From contig AP024666.1 of NCBI GenBank assembly GCA_024346625.1, positions 1,798,001-1,862,000 on the forward strand: a stretch of 64,000 bases of DNA. The letters run 5' to 3'. Positions 1 through 10,587 of this stretch are shown piece by piece. Below the pieces are notes generated by a model. It was not told the origin of the DNA, did no database searches, and was given only the letters and a program-made list of their open reading frames with translations. The first letter of the stretch is position 1, and each line of letters begins with the position of its first letter. The position numbers and the translations under genes are program-made. Origin of the DNA: Williopsis jadinii. Its lineage: Eukaryota.

Positions 1-228
1 TACGGTATCCCAGCACCAGCTTTCACCACTGCTCTCTCCTTCTACGATGGTTACAGAACTGCCTACTTGCCAGCCAACTTGTTGCAAGCCCAGAGAGATT
101 ACTTCGGTGCCCACACCTTCAAGGTTGTTCCAGAGAAGGCCAACGACAACTTGAAGGTTGGTGAGGCCATCCACATCAACTGGACCGGTCACGGTGGTAA
201 CGTTTCTGCTACTACTTATGATGCTTAA
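1..228 (+). CDS. GND1: 6-phosphogluconate dehydrogenase, 3' end (partial)
   Basis: Frame 1 reads [40 protein letters not shown]...[18 protein letters not shown], the canonical 6PGD C-terminus; TAA at 226-228. Confidence 0.95.
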   Translation, partial: YGIPAPAFTTALSFYDGYRTAYLPANLLQAQRDYFGAHTFKVVPEKANDNLKVGEAIHINWTGHGGNVSATTYDA

Positions 229-286
229 AGCTCTCCTATCATCTTTCTAATTAAAAAATAAAGACCGTTATGAAGAAAAGGGAATA

Positions 287-1465
287 CTAACTGTGTAGAG
301 CCAATCCATCTTCAAGACCTTGTTTGATCACGGTGACGAAATGGTCAATATCAGCCTTGTCGTTGTACAGGCCCAGCGAGGCCCTGGTTCCACATCTGTA
401 CTGGCTAACGTAGACGTTGTTGCTTGCGAATTGGGAGGCCCACTGTTCGCCATACAGTGGAATGACGTTGCTATGAGGTGATCTCTCTGTAACGTCGTCT
501 GGACCACTGGTTTCAACTCCTATCTTACGCAGCTCAGATCTGAGGTATGAGCCCAGCTCCTGGAGGTACAATTGGACGTTCTCCATGCCAACACTTTGAA
601 TAAAGTCCAAATAGGCACCAAGAGCAATGCACTGCATCATGGGCTTGTTCAGATGTTCAAACCGATGGGCAGTTGCAAACACCTCGAAGTCTTCAGAGAT
701 GGTCAAATCGGGGCTGAGGTTACTGATGGAACCTCCACAGAGGATTGGAGGTGTGTCTTTCAACAGTTTCATGGTCTCTGGTTCAACGTAGAGGACCCCC
801 AGGCCGTTTGGAACACTCAGTCCTTTATGGACGCTGAAGGCGATGGCTGAAGCACCGAGGTCCTCAACATCAATCCTACCAAAGCCAACCTCTTGAGTGG
901 CATCGACCAAGATGTGGATGCCTCTAGGCTTGAATTCTTTGGCTATGCCCTTAACATCATTTCTCAGTCCTGAATGGAACATGACAGAGCTCAGTCCAAT
1001 GGCTTTAGTCTCCTCATCGACATATGGTCTGAAGTCATCTGCCGTGAACGGCTTCAATGTTGACTCATCAACAGGAATCAGGCGGATTTCCAGGCCATCT
1101 TGGGCCAAGCCAAGCCATCCAAACCCCTGGTTTGGATGCTCGTTTGCAAGCACAACAACGTTGTCACCTTTGGACCATCTGATGGATCTTTGGAACAAGT
1201 TGACACCTTCAGTGGTGTCTCTTGTGAAGGCAATGTTGGCGGAGTCGGTGTTCAAGAACACGCCCAATTTCTCCCTGGTGTCCTCACACTGGGAGATGAA
1301 CTGCGGCTTAGGGTGATCCAAGCTGATAGCGTCGTCAATGTACTTCTTGATGGAGTCATAGACGATCTGGTTCATCGGAGGCTGGAACGACGAGTTGAGG
1401 TATGTGCAGCTCGATGCCACTGGAACGTAGCTACGGAACTGTTTGATTTCCTTGGAAACGGTCAT
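287..1465 (-). CDS. PLP-dependent class-V aminotransferase-fold enzyme (cysteine desulfurase/selenocysteine lyase-like), substrate unknown
   Basis: 392 aa with YLNSS, FTRDTTEG, EHPN, LVDATQ, SVHKGL (PLP lysine) and RASLGLYN motifs; no introns. Confidence 0.85.
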   Translation of the reverse strand: MTVSKEIKQFRSYVPVASSCTYLNSSFQPPMNQIVYDSIKKYIDDAISLDHPKPQFISQCEDTREKLGVFLNTDSANIAFTRDTTEGVNLFQRSIRWSKGDNVVVLANEHPNQGFGWLGLAQDGLEIRLIPVDESTLKPFTADDFRPYVDEETKAIGLSSVMFHSGLRNDVKGIAKEFKPRGIHILVDATQEVGFGRIDVEDLGASAIAFSVHKGLSVPNGLGVLYVEPETMKLLKDTPPILCGGSISNLSPDLTISEDFEVFATAHRFEHLNKPMMQCIALGAYLDFIQSVGMENVQLYLQELGSYLRSELRKIGVETSGPDDVTERSPHSNVIPLYGEQWASQFASNNVYVSQYRCGTRASLGLYNDKADIDHFVTVIKQGLEDGLALHS

Positions 1466-1597
1466 TGTGTTGAGAGATCACTGGCTGATTGTTATCGTAT
1501 GACTTCCATAGCTACGAAAACGTATAGAGGAACCCCATTTCATGTTGCTACCTTATATATACGATTCAGTTGATAGTGACAAGTTCAGTAGGCGAGC

Positions 1598-1738
1598 CTG
1601 CGGAGTTTGATTCTCCGCAGGAAGCCACCTTATCGAGACTGCGGAGATTGGATGTCCGCGCGATGAGGTGATAAGATCGCAATGTTCACGAGGTCTGACT
1701 CTGATTCCTACCACCATTCCACCCGAGTTGAAGATAAG
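1598..1738. promoter_or_regulatory. Divergent promoter with two CGG-N11-CCG Zn-cluster sites and GATA (nitrogen catabolite repression) sites
   Basis: CGGAGTTTGATTCTCCG at 1601-1617 and CGGAGATTGGATGTCCG at 1642-1658; CTTATC 1629-1634, GATAAG 1670-1675 and 1733-1738. Confidence 0.7.
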
Positions 1739-1860
1739 ACGGTTGAGATCATCACGTTGTTATCGCTCTGTGCTGATTGTCCATCATGGGTTATAAAGCA
1801 TTCGTTCGTTCCTTCAGAAGACCCTGGTCTGACCCCCAGTCTACCTCAACACCGCATACA

Positions 1861-3435
1861 ATGAGTAAAGTCAAGAACTTGTCGGAAGACTCCTTGAAAG
1901 ATGCAAAACTATCACCTATTGAAGGAGAAGTGATCCATGTGTCAACCAGCATGGAGATGCTGGACCTCGAAGACGAGCCTGGTAGGCTCAAGAGGGACTT
2001 CAAGTCTCGCCATGTCAACATGTTGGCCATTGCGGGTGCTATCGGAACAGGTCTCATCATTGGCTCCGGTACAGGGTTGAAAAGGGGAGGTCCTGCGTCG
2101 TTGTTTCTCGGTTATCTCTTTACTGGCTCCCTCCTGATGGTTGTTCTGATGTCGTTAGGTGAAATGGCTGCGTTTTCTCCAATGGATAAGGCCTTTTCCG
2201 GGTACCCTTCACGGTATGTTGACCAGGCCTTGGGGTTCGCTGCCGGATGGAACTACTTCTTCAAGTACGCCATTGTGTTACCTGCCAATTTGACGGCAGT
2301 TGGATTGATCATCCAGTACTGGCGTAAGGACCTGAACGTTGGTATCTTCATCACTGTGTTCCTGGTGGCCATTATAGTCGTCAATTGGTTTAACGTCAAG
2401 TTTTATGGCGAGCTGGAGTTCTGGTCTGCTGCTGCTAAACTCGTCACCCTCACCATCTGTTTCATCACGTGTCTTGTGATTACATGTGGTGGATCCCCAA
2501 CTCACCAGACCATTGGCTTCCAGTATTGGAGAGAAGAGGCCTTCCAGGAGTACCTTGTTGACGGTGGTACCGGTAGGTTCCTTGGTTGGTGGGCATGCGT
2601 TATACAGGCATGCTTTGCCTACGTGGGCTCAGAGGCAGTGGGCGTGGTGTTTGGTGAAACACCAGATCCAAAGAAGAACATTCCAAAAGCTTCCAAACAG
2701 GTGCTGTTTAGAATAGCATTCTTCTACATCTTTGGTGTTTTCATCTTGGGTCTTGCCGTCTCACCAACTAATCCACTCCTAGCACAAGCTTCAGGATCAA
2801 ACGCTTCTGCATCGCCATTCGTCATTGCAATCAAAACAGCTGAGATCAAAGTGCTTCCAGGGTTCATCAATGGTTGTTTGCTCATCTTCGTCGGGTCTTC
2901 TGCCAACACAGACTTGTACTTGGGTTCCAGAACACTCTATGGCTTAGCAAAGGACAACTTTGCACCAAAGATATTCCTGAAGCTCAACAGTAACGGTGTG
3001 CCATTCATTGGCTGTGTCTTCACGGCCCTGTTTGGATTATTGGCGTATATGAACTGCTCTGATTCATCAGCAGTGGTTTTCGGCTATTTCTCTAGTGCCG
3101 TGACAGTCTTTGGTATCCTCAATTGGTTGAACATTATGATTGCATACCTTGGCTATTACCAAATGACCGTAGTGCAGAAGGTGAGCCGTGATGATATTCC
3201 CTTTCGTATGTGGGGCCAGCCTTATACAGCTTACTACGCCATCGGCTGTATATCCTTGATAACCTTCTTCAACGGTTACAATGCCTTCATTACGTCGTTC
3301 CATTACAAGAGCTTCATCACATCTTATATCGGAATTGCAGCATATTTGATCATGATTGCCTTCTGGAAGCTCTATCACAAGACTCAGAGGGTGGGCTCTG
3401 ATGATGCCAATGCCCTTTTTAACTACAGGATGTGA
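1861..3435 (+). CDS. Amino-acid permease (APC/YAT family, Dip5-like)
   Basis: LKRDFKSRHVNMLAIAGAIGTGL, YGELEFW and ASASPFVIAI motifs, about 12 hydrophobic segments. Start taken as ATG 1861. Confidence 0.92.
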   Translation: MSKVKNLSEDSLKDAKLSPIEGEVIHVSTSMEMLDLEDEPGRLKRDFKSRHVNMLAIAGAIGTGLIIGSGTGLKRGGPASLFLGYLFTGSLLMVVLMSLGEMAAFSPMDKAFSGYPSRYVDQALGFAAGWNYFFKYAIVLPANLTAVGLIIQYWRKDLNVGIFITVFLVAIIVVNWFNVKFYGELEFWSAAAKLVTLTICFITCLVITCGGSPTHQTIGFQYWREEAFQEYLVDGGTGRFLGWWACVIQACFAYVGSEAVGVVFGETPDPKKNIPKASKQVLFRIAFFYIFGVFILGLAVSPTNPLLAQASGSNASASPFVIAIKTAEIKVLPGFINGCLLIFVGSSANTDLYLGSRTLYGLAKDNFAPKIFLKLNSNGVPFIGCVFTALFGLLAYMNCSDSSAVVFGYFSSAVTVFGILNWLNIMIAYLGYYQMTVVQKVSRDDIPFRMWGQPYTAYYAIGCISLITFFNGYNAFITSFHYKSFITSYIGIAAYLIMIAFWKLYHKTQRVGSDDANALFNYRM

Positions 3436-3486
3436 TCCTGTTCATCCAGCCGTTGTATACTTTGCAGGTCAATCTATACTCGTTAT

Positions 3487-5110
3487 TCAGTTGTGCTTTG
3501 AAGTGTAGAACTTGTCTGCGATTTCCCAGTATTCAGCAAAGTGCTTAAGGCACTTCATGAACATAGGTCTCCAACACTCAACCTGGCCTTGGAAATCTCC
3601 GTTGCTCCAATCCAAATCCAGCATTTGCAATGCCAATATAACCAGATAAACCAGCTTTAGCGACCCATGTGCCAAATTTAAGTGTTGTAGCTCTGTAAAT
3701 CCCTTTATGAGACATGAGATTTCCTCAAGGACTCCAATCAAGAACTTTGCTGAGCTTGGACTGGAAGGCTGCGTTCTGTTCAGAGTCAAAATGATTGTAT
3801 AATAGCAGATCGGTATGGTCATCCTCACTGGATTATGGCCATGCTCCTCGAGTGACACTTTGCTCCATTGAATCGCTGTCGGCAACCGATGTTGCCAGAG
3901 TTGACAGTCCAAATTGAACTGGTGTAACTGTCCAGCGTCCAGATTACCCTGCTGATACTTGAAGAACAAGTCGAATAGCTCTATCTCAAAGCGCATTATC
4001 CCAGAAACGTCAATTGTTCTATCGTAATCCGGTTCAAGTGGATCCGAGTACTGGAAGTCCTCTATTCCTTTCAAGACAGGTAAATCTGACGATTCTTCTA
4101 AGGTGGCCTTTGATATATCCAGCGTGAAGGGTCTGCCCAGGATGAGAGATATGAATCGATCTGCAAGGAAGCAGCCCCAGAATATCCTGCGTCGTAGCAG
4201 AAGGTCGTACTCTGAAAAGATCCCAGCAACTGCTGCTGATGAAGACTTCCAATGTTGAGGGTCCAGCTCAAACCCCATCTCTTGTCCAATTCTGAACGCC
4301 ATTCCTGATAGCAGCCAAGCGGAGGAGGCATCGCCTCTCCCGAGGTCATACGAAGCCAGGCATAGCAGAGTCTGGACAGTGGTGATGTTGCTGAAATTGA
4401 AGGATTGCAATTTGCTGAATATCAGACTCTTTGCCCTGTGGTAGAAATCCAGGGACAAGCGTTGATCTGTAGCCCCAAGTGAACATATGGCATATATCAG
4501 CTCCTCACTGCAATACGGCAGTGATTCCTTTATGTCAGAATCTTCTTTGAAGAAGTCCGTTAGGAACGACTCCCTGTGTAAGAAGAAGTTACAATCTGGG
4601 TATCTCCATTTGAAGAATGCCGTGATGTGGGTAAGATACGTCTCATTCTGGAATGACGTGAAGTCAGACGACTCTGGGAGTCTCGGGCTCAGCATATGGT
4701 CATGGTCTAGGGGTATAAACACAGATGTGGCACCGTAAACCGAGATAGAGCCCTCCTGAGAACCATCTGCAATAACAGTCAGGTCCCTGGAGGAGCGATT
4801 CGGCTGAGCCAGCGACTCCAACCGTGCCTCCAGAGACTTCACGTAGGACTTTGTGAACCTGTGAGCTCTTCCATCAACACTACACGGAATACACTCAACG
4901 TTGAGCTTGGTACAGAGCGAGCAGGGCGTCTTGAAATCACACCTTCTCTGTTGGCGATGAGGTTAGCACCTGTCTGAGTCCGTTCTTTCATCACCGCTTA
5001 CTCACCTTCTTTCTGCGACAGGACGCACAGCTTTGGATGTGTGTTAGTTGGTCATTGGGTAAGCAGCAGAGAGAGAGAGATATCAACACATACGCCAATC
5101 TTTTAGGCAT
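3487..5110 (-). CDS. Zn(II)2Cys6 transcription factor (Cha4/Tea1/NirA-like), 3 exons
   Basis: Exons 5110-5094, 5030-5006, 4947-3487; introns GTATGT..CTAAC..AAG and GTGAGT..GCTAAC..CAG. Splicing rebuilds MPKRLACASCRRKKRRCDFKTPCSLCTKLNVEC; fungal TF middle homology region RRRIFWGCFLADRFISLILGRP. Confidence 0.9.
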
Positions 5111-5190
5111 TTATACGGTGCGATGCTCAGCCAATGGGTGTGTCTTGGAGATTATGTGTGGAGAGGCTCAAGATGGGTTCGCGGTGGGGA

Positions 5191-5285
5191 GAGCCCAGGC
5201 AGGGGCGTTGGTGGGCAGGCGGAGGCCCAGGCAGAGGCCCAGGGAGCCCAGGCAGAGCCCAGGCGGAGGCCCAGGCAGAGCCCCC
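5191..5285. repeat. GC-rich imperfect tandem repeat (core GCCCAGG, six copies)
   Basis: Directly visible in the TF/SEC10 divergent intergenic region. Confidence 0.8.
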
Positions 5286-5424
5286 CGCGCACAAACATCA
5301 CCAAGTCTGAAAACCGCCAGCGATCACCCTTTTCCCATAACCACCAATCACACCACAGCGGGTATTTTTTGCATTGATATTAAACACGGCGGTTCATTGA
5401 CTACACAGGGCGGCAAGCGAGAAG

Positions 5425-7914
5425 ATGAGCTATTTGTATGAGTTGGATCCCAAGATCATGAGATTGTTATCTCTTGATAACTTTTTGGTGAGTGTGTTCC
5501 CGTTCTTAAGCAGGTAAACAAAGGGGTCTGGGGAGTGACTAACACGGTTGAACCGATAGGATAACATGAGCGTGTACGAGTTCATCGAGGAACTGAGTAA
5601 AGATCACTCGATGGGCGTGAAGGAAGTGAGCTCGCTGAAGAATCTTGATCCTAAGCCGTTCATTAGAACGTTCGAATCCACGCTTAGGGAGTTGCACAGA
5701 GTGTCTGCGGAGGCTGCTGAGCGGAGAAGCCAGCTCGAGAAGGAGGTTGCCAAGTACGAGTTGGACCACTCGAGAAACATCCTGTCGTTGGCTGAAAGAA
5801 CGGAATCGGTACAGTCGCAGTTCAAAGCGTTGGATGATAAGGTTACAAAGGTTTCGCACGAGATGAAGCCATTGACTGAGAGCTTGAACCGGAAAGTGAG
5901 TGCTAAGGAGAGAACACAGGCCACTGTTTCCCTCATCCAGATCTACAACTCGTTCTACCAAACAGGCAAATCGCAGGAGCTCGATAAGTTGATGAACGGC
6001 TCGATAAAGAGCAAGAAGACGTGTGCGTCCACTGTAGCACAGCTACTCACCCTTTCTCAGAAACTTATATCTGACGACTTGCCGAAATCAGATCAATGTC
6101 ATCAGACCATCCAGAAATATTCAGAGACAATGGAGAATTGGTTGTTGGAGGAGTTTAGTGAGATGTACAAGGAGAACAACCATACTGGTATGAAGAACAT
6201 CTCCGACATCTTGTGTGATTACAACGATGGTGTCGGTGTTATCAAGAACTTTGTCAATCAGCACAACTACTTCATTAACGCAGACTCTCTCCAATCTGCC
6301 CCAGTGGATGAATCTGTGTGGATAGCGCTATCAGATCCTGCAAATCAAGATCTATTGCATGAGTCCTTTTGTGATGATTTCCTCCTCCAGATTAAAAAGG
6401 TTATCCATGATGAAACTGTCGTGATCCTACAGGTGTTTAGAGACCCTGTGACCGTGTTGGGTCTATTCACACAAAGAGTGTATGCACAACAGATCCAAAC
6501 TAAAGTGGAGTCTCTAATCAAGGACTCGTACGCTGTGAGTACGTTGTCCTACTTGAGAACATTGTATTCGTTGTATATAACAGTGGCTTCGTTCACAAAG
6601 GACTTGAAAACTTTCTTCCAATCTGCATTGGAGTCCAATGATGCCAAGTTGGAGGATCTATTTGCAATCCTGGACCAGAGTTTCTCGGATTTATTCACTC
6701 AACACATTGCTGAATCCAAATACTTTGGGCTAGAAAAGAAAACGTTAGAATCAATTATCTATGCCGAAGTTTCTAAGTATGAAACAGCAAATGCTGGGAA
6801 AGTTTCATACAAGTTGAAATCACGCTTGGCTAACGACTTGAAAGGCGGAGAAGAGGACCGGTTAGAGGCTGAATTCGAAAGTTTAGAAAGAAATTCAAGA
6901 GTTGGACAATTGAAGAGTTTTATGCGTTCACATCTTGAACGTACATCTTCTCTCAAAAAGGGAGCTGAGGTTACTGATGAACCTGTTCCGGATACTTCGA
7001 TGGATTTGGATGTCTCGAAGGCTGAAGTGCTATTGAAATCGAGCGTTGAGTCATTGTCCAGAATGATCGAGCTCACGCCAACGAAAGTCAGCGAACACTG
7101 TATAGATATCTTGGAAATTGTGACGATAAATCTTGGTAAGACCTACCTAGATATCGGCCTTGAAGTGTCGTACACAGAACTCGGACATTTGGACTACAGA
7201 GCGGACTATTTGGATTTGAAATTCTTGTCCAATATTAGAAGTGCTTCTCAGATATTGTTCTTGTCATCGTCAGGTATCAGATCAATTGTATTGCCCTTGG
7301 TGAATAACACTCCACAAATCAGGGAAAGAATTGTCAAGTATACGAACAGTTATGCTATGTCGGTGGAGCAGAAAATCAATATAATCTTGAACGATCTCTT
7401 GGTCATATTTCAACACAAGGTGACGAATTGTCTCTCTAAACAGAAGAGAAAAGATTTCCTACCCAAAGCTGGAGAACTGGTAGACTCTGATACCCTTGCC
7501 TGTGAATCGCTCTGCCAGTTCCTCTCTGATACATTTGAACAATTGGAAGAACACCTTGACAGCGAGAACTTGAAGTCTATGTTGCTTGAACTTGGTATGT
7601 TTACTTTCAACCAACTCTTTGAGCACTACAAGAACTACCAGATCAACTCCATGGGAGGCATTGTTGTGACAAAGGATATTATCTCCTTCCAAACCATCAT
7701 TGAAACGTGGAAGATCCCAGAACTTTCTCAGAAATTCCAACTGTTGAGAGAGATTGCCAATCTGTTTACTGTTCAACCGGACCTGTTAGGCTCCCTGACA
7801 ACGGAGGGACAGCTCATGCGTGTCAAGCCTTACATTTTAAGACAGTTTATCTCAAAGAGATCAGATTATAGCACCGAAACGTCGTATTTCGGTAAGTTGA
7901 GAGGTATGATCTAA
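5425..7914 (+). CDS. SEC10: Exocyst subunit Sec10, 2 exons
   Basis: Exon 1 5425-5487 (MSYLYELDPKIMRLLSLDNFL); intron 5488-5559 GTGAGT..GACTAAC..TAG; LDPKPFIRTFESTLREL and GGIVVTKDI motifs. Confidence 0.93.
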
Positions 7915-7976
7915 CGTTATACTTTTGTGTTATGTATATATATATAAATGTCGTCCAATAGAAGATAACAGACAAT

Positions 7977-9389
7977 TCACTTGAATGCGTTGAAGAAGAG
8001 CCCGAACAGTGAGAGAACTCCACCAGCTATAAAGGTCCCATTCACCACTATTGCAATATAATCTTTTTCTCTAAAGATTGGCTTAGTGTGGTGTTCAGCC
8101 AACGGCAGAGGGAACTCTGGGTGTGAGAACCTTGATATCACCCTCTGCGAGGTGGCTATCCACAAGTGTGGCAGAAGGAAGTACACTATCAGTACAATTG
8201 CGTTCAGTATTGCGGTGACAATGTAACCTTTCAATGCAGCATAAGGTGGTGGCAAGTAACATATCTCTACTTTGAAGGTCTGGTCACCACCGTCTTCCGT
8301 ATTCAATGACAAGAGTTCAATGGCTGGGTATTGAATTCCCATATTCATGGAGCAGGACTTGACAGTTATCTCATCTGCCGTGCGAGGTTGGCCTTGGAAC
8401 TCGTACTTGTGTTGAACGTGACAATAATCGTGATCGTCACCACTGAACGAGAATTTTGGTCTAACCTTCGACAGGACTTCCATCGTCAGGTCAAAATCTA
8501 GCACGGTTTGGTATTGGTGTCCCTTCATGATCGGGAATTTCTTCTTTGACTCTCTCAGTGGTCCGCAAGGCTGCTGGTCTGGGAATCTGTACAGTGGGAC
8601 ATGTGTCATCAGCAGTCTTGGTGCCTCGTTTTCATCATAAGGTGCCAATGATTCGAGGATTTCACGTGGATCCTGCACAACTTCTGGGTTTGAGTAATCG
8701 CTGAGGGAGATCGTGTCCAGCAGCACGACAGTATGGTTCCCCAGTTCGTGAATGGATGAAGGTGGTCCAAACGTTGATTTGAACCTGTTTAAACTGGTGA
8801 TATTCACAGTTTCTCCAAACCCTATGTCGTGGTTCCCAGGCAACGACATTATAGTTCTTCTATTAGGTCTCTTGTGGTATATCTCGTTGAACCTTTTGAA
8901 CTCCTCGTACCAGTCCGCATCATCCCAGTTACGGCCGCCATCGAAGAGATCTCCCAGGAATATCACCGTATCCGGGTCCAACACTTTATCGACAAATGCC
9001 CAGTTGCGTCTGTGGTAGTTATCCACGAGCTGACTGGTCAACCAGTTAACCCAACCTGGCCTATCAGGGTATGAATACGCATCCATTATCTGTGGATCTG
9101 CAAACAGTGCAATTCTATGAGGGTCACCTTTCGTCCAAGGCTCCCATTTGTTCCATTGGCACCTCTGAATCGTTCTCTTCACCGTGGAACGCTCGAAGAA
9201 GTTGATCACGAGACACCATACCAACAACGACAGCAGTATCACTCTCCATTTAACAGAGTGCACGGAATGCGAAATGACGTTCCTCATGGTGATCTTTTGA
9301 CTTGTCTTGCGCGGTTTGTATACATCCATGTGTGAGTTATCGTCGTCTTTCCCCTTTAGACGAGGTCCTCTACGCGACAAGTTATCCAT
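7977..9389 (-). CDS. CDC1: Mn-dependent metallophosphoesterase, GPI remodelling
   Basis: ADPQIMD, FLGDLFDGGR, SLPGNHDIG, THVPL and FSGDDHDYC motifs; first ATG at 9389. Confidence 0.9.
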   Translation of the reverse strand: MDNLSRRGPRLKGKDDDNSHMDVYKPRKTSQKITMRNVISHSVHSVKWRVILLSLLVWCLVINFFERSTVKRTIQRCQWNKWEPWTKGDPHRIALFADPQIMDAYSYPDRPGWVNWLTSQLVDNYHRRNWAFVDKVLDPDTVIFLGDLFDGGRNWDDADWYEEFKRFNEIYHKRPNRRTIMSLPGNHDIGFGETVNITSLNRFKSTFGPPSSIHELGNHTVVLLDTISLSDYSNPEVVQDPREILESLAPYDENEAPRLLMTHVPLYRFPDQQPCGPLRESKKKFPIMKGHQYQTVLDFDLTMEVLSKVRPKFSFSGDDHDYCHVQHKYEFQGQPRTADEITVKSCSMNMGIQYPAIELLSLNTEDGGDQTFKVEICYLPPPYAALKGYIVTAILNAIVLIVYFLLPHLWIATSQRVISRFSHPEFPLPLAEHHTKPIFREKDYIAIVVNGTFIAGGVLSLFGLFFNAFK

Positions 9390-9531
9390 CGTCAGACCCA
9401 AACTACCGTGAATAGGAGACAATTGTTGTAGAATACGTTTACATTTAAGAGAACCAGATCAACATCTCTACAGTTATTACAATGTGTCCTTGTGTTGCCC
9501 TTACTGTTTTATTTGATGATCACGCGAATTA

Positions 9532-9576
9532 CACGTGACATATAATCACGTGAATATATACTGGTTAATCACGTGA
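9532..9576. promoter_or_regulatory. Three CACGTG E-boxes (Cbf1/Tye7-type) upstream of CDC1
   Basis: CACGTGAC 9532-9539, TCACGTGA 9546-9553, TCACGTGA 9569-9576. Confidence 0.55.
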
Positions 9577-10434
9577 ATCTGTCACTTTATCATTCTCTTC
9601 ATCCTTCTCTTTCTCCTTCTCCTTCTCCTTCTCCTTCTCCTTCTGGTTCTCTTTATGGGTCTTAGCATCCTCCAAGATCTTCTGAGTCTCTGGCCCAATC
9701 ATATAATGGTCCCTGAACCATGCCAATTGAGCAATTGACTCCAAGATATCATCCCTTGCGGTGTGGCTATTCCTCTTCTTTGGACACTGGTTGATCAACT
9801 CAGGGTTGTGACGTCTGCCGAACTCGAAGAAGCTTGAAACATCGATAATTCTGTAGTGCAGGTGGTCAATGACTTTAGGGAGTTCTCTCATCATAAATGC
9901 CCTGTCCATGTGGACAGTATTACCAGCCAACACAGCTTTACCCTTCTTCGTATAAGTCTGGACATAATCCAGCAGTTCCTCTTCAACTTCTTTGAGGGTC
10001 TTCTTCGATTCCAAGACCTTTTGAGTGAGTCCGCTGGAGCCGTGTTGGTTGACACACCATGGGTCCATCGAGTCCAGAATCTCCTTATCAACGTGGATCA
10101 CGCTTTCGTAGCCTTCGTGTAGAAGATTCATATCCCCATCCGTTATGATACAGCATATTTCGATGATGTTGTCCTTGTAGACGTCCAATCCTGTCATTTC
10201 ACAGTCAATCCAGACTATAGGGTTTCCTACCTGCTGCTTTTTCTTGTTTGGATTGAACGTTGGTAGTTCCAACTCAGTACTTGTTCTCTTAGACATTACT
10301 ACCTGCGAGATGAACTTCTTACTCTGTGCTATTGCTGTTGTCCTTGATGTATGGAAGAAACACCTGTATGGGATTGACGATGGAAATAGGCCTCTTGTAG
10401 ACGGTTTGAAACGGATACAAGCAGCTTTCAGCAT
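9565..10434 (-). CDS. REX2: Oligoribonuclease (DEDDh 3'-5' exonuclease)
   Basis: VWIDCEMTGLD, LAGNTVHMDR, HYRIIDVSS and HTARDDILESI motifs; C-terminal KE repeat. Confidence 0.93.
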   Translation of the reverse strand: MLKAACIRFKPSTRGLFPSSIPYRCFFHTSRTTAIAQSKKFISQVVMSKRTSTELELPTFNPNKKKQQVGNPIVWIDCEMTGLDVYKDNIIEICCIITDGDMNLLHEGYESVIHVDKEILDSMDPWCVNQHGSSGLTQKVLESKKTLKEVEEELLDYVQTYTKKGKAVLAGNTVHMDRAFMMRELPKVIDHLHYRIIDVSSFFEFGRRHNPELINQCPKKRNSHTARDDILESIAQLAWFRDHYMIGPETQKILEDAKTHKENQKEKEKEKEKEKEKDEENDKVTDSRD

Positions 10435-10587
10435 ACAATTGTGGGGCGTTTCAACGTGTGAGTCCAGAGGTGGCAGTTACTTGTTCATGAGGTAAAAAAA
10501 AATGTCGAGAATGGAAAACGCATCATCATCATGACATAGGGACAGGCTAAACAAGCAATCAACAAAAAGAAAAAACACAAGCCACCA

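Noticed and set aside
5037..5441. ORFs of 134 aa and 84 aa
   Set aside because: They stay open because of the GC-rich repeat and overlap the first exons of the TF or SEC10.
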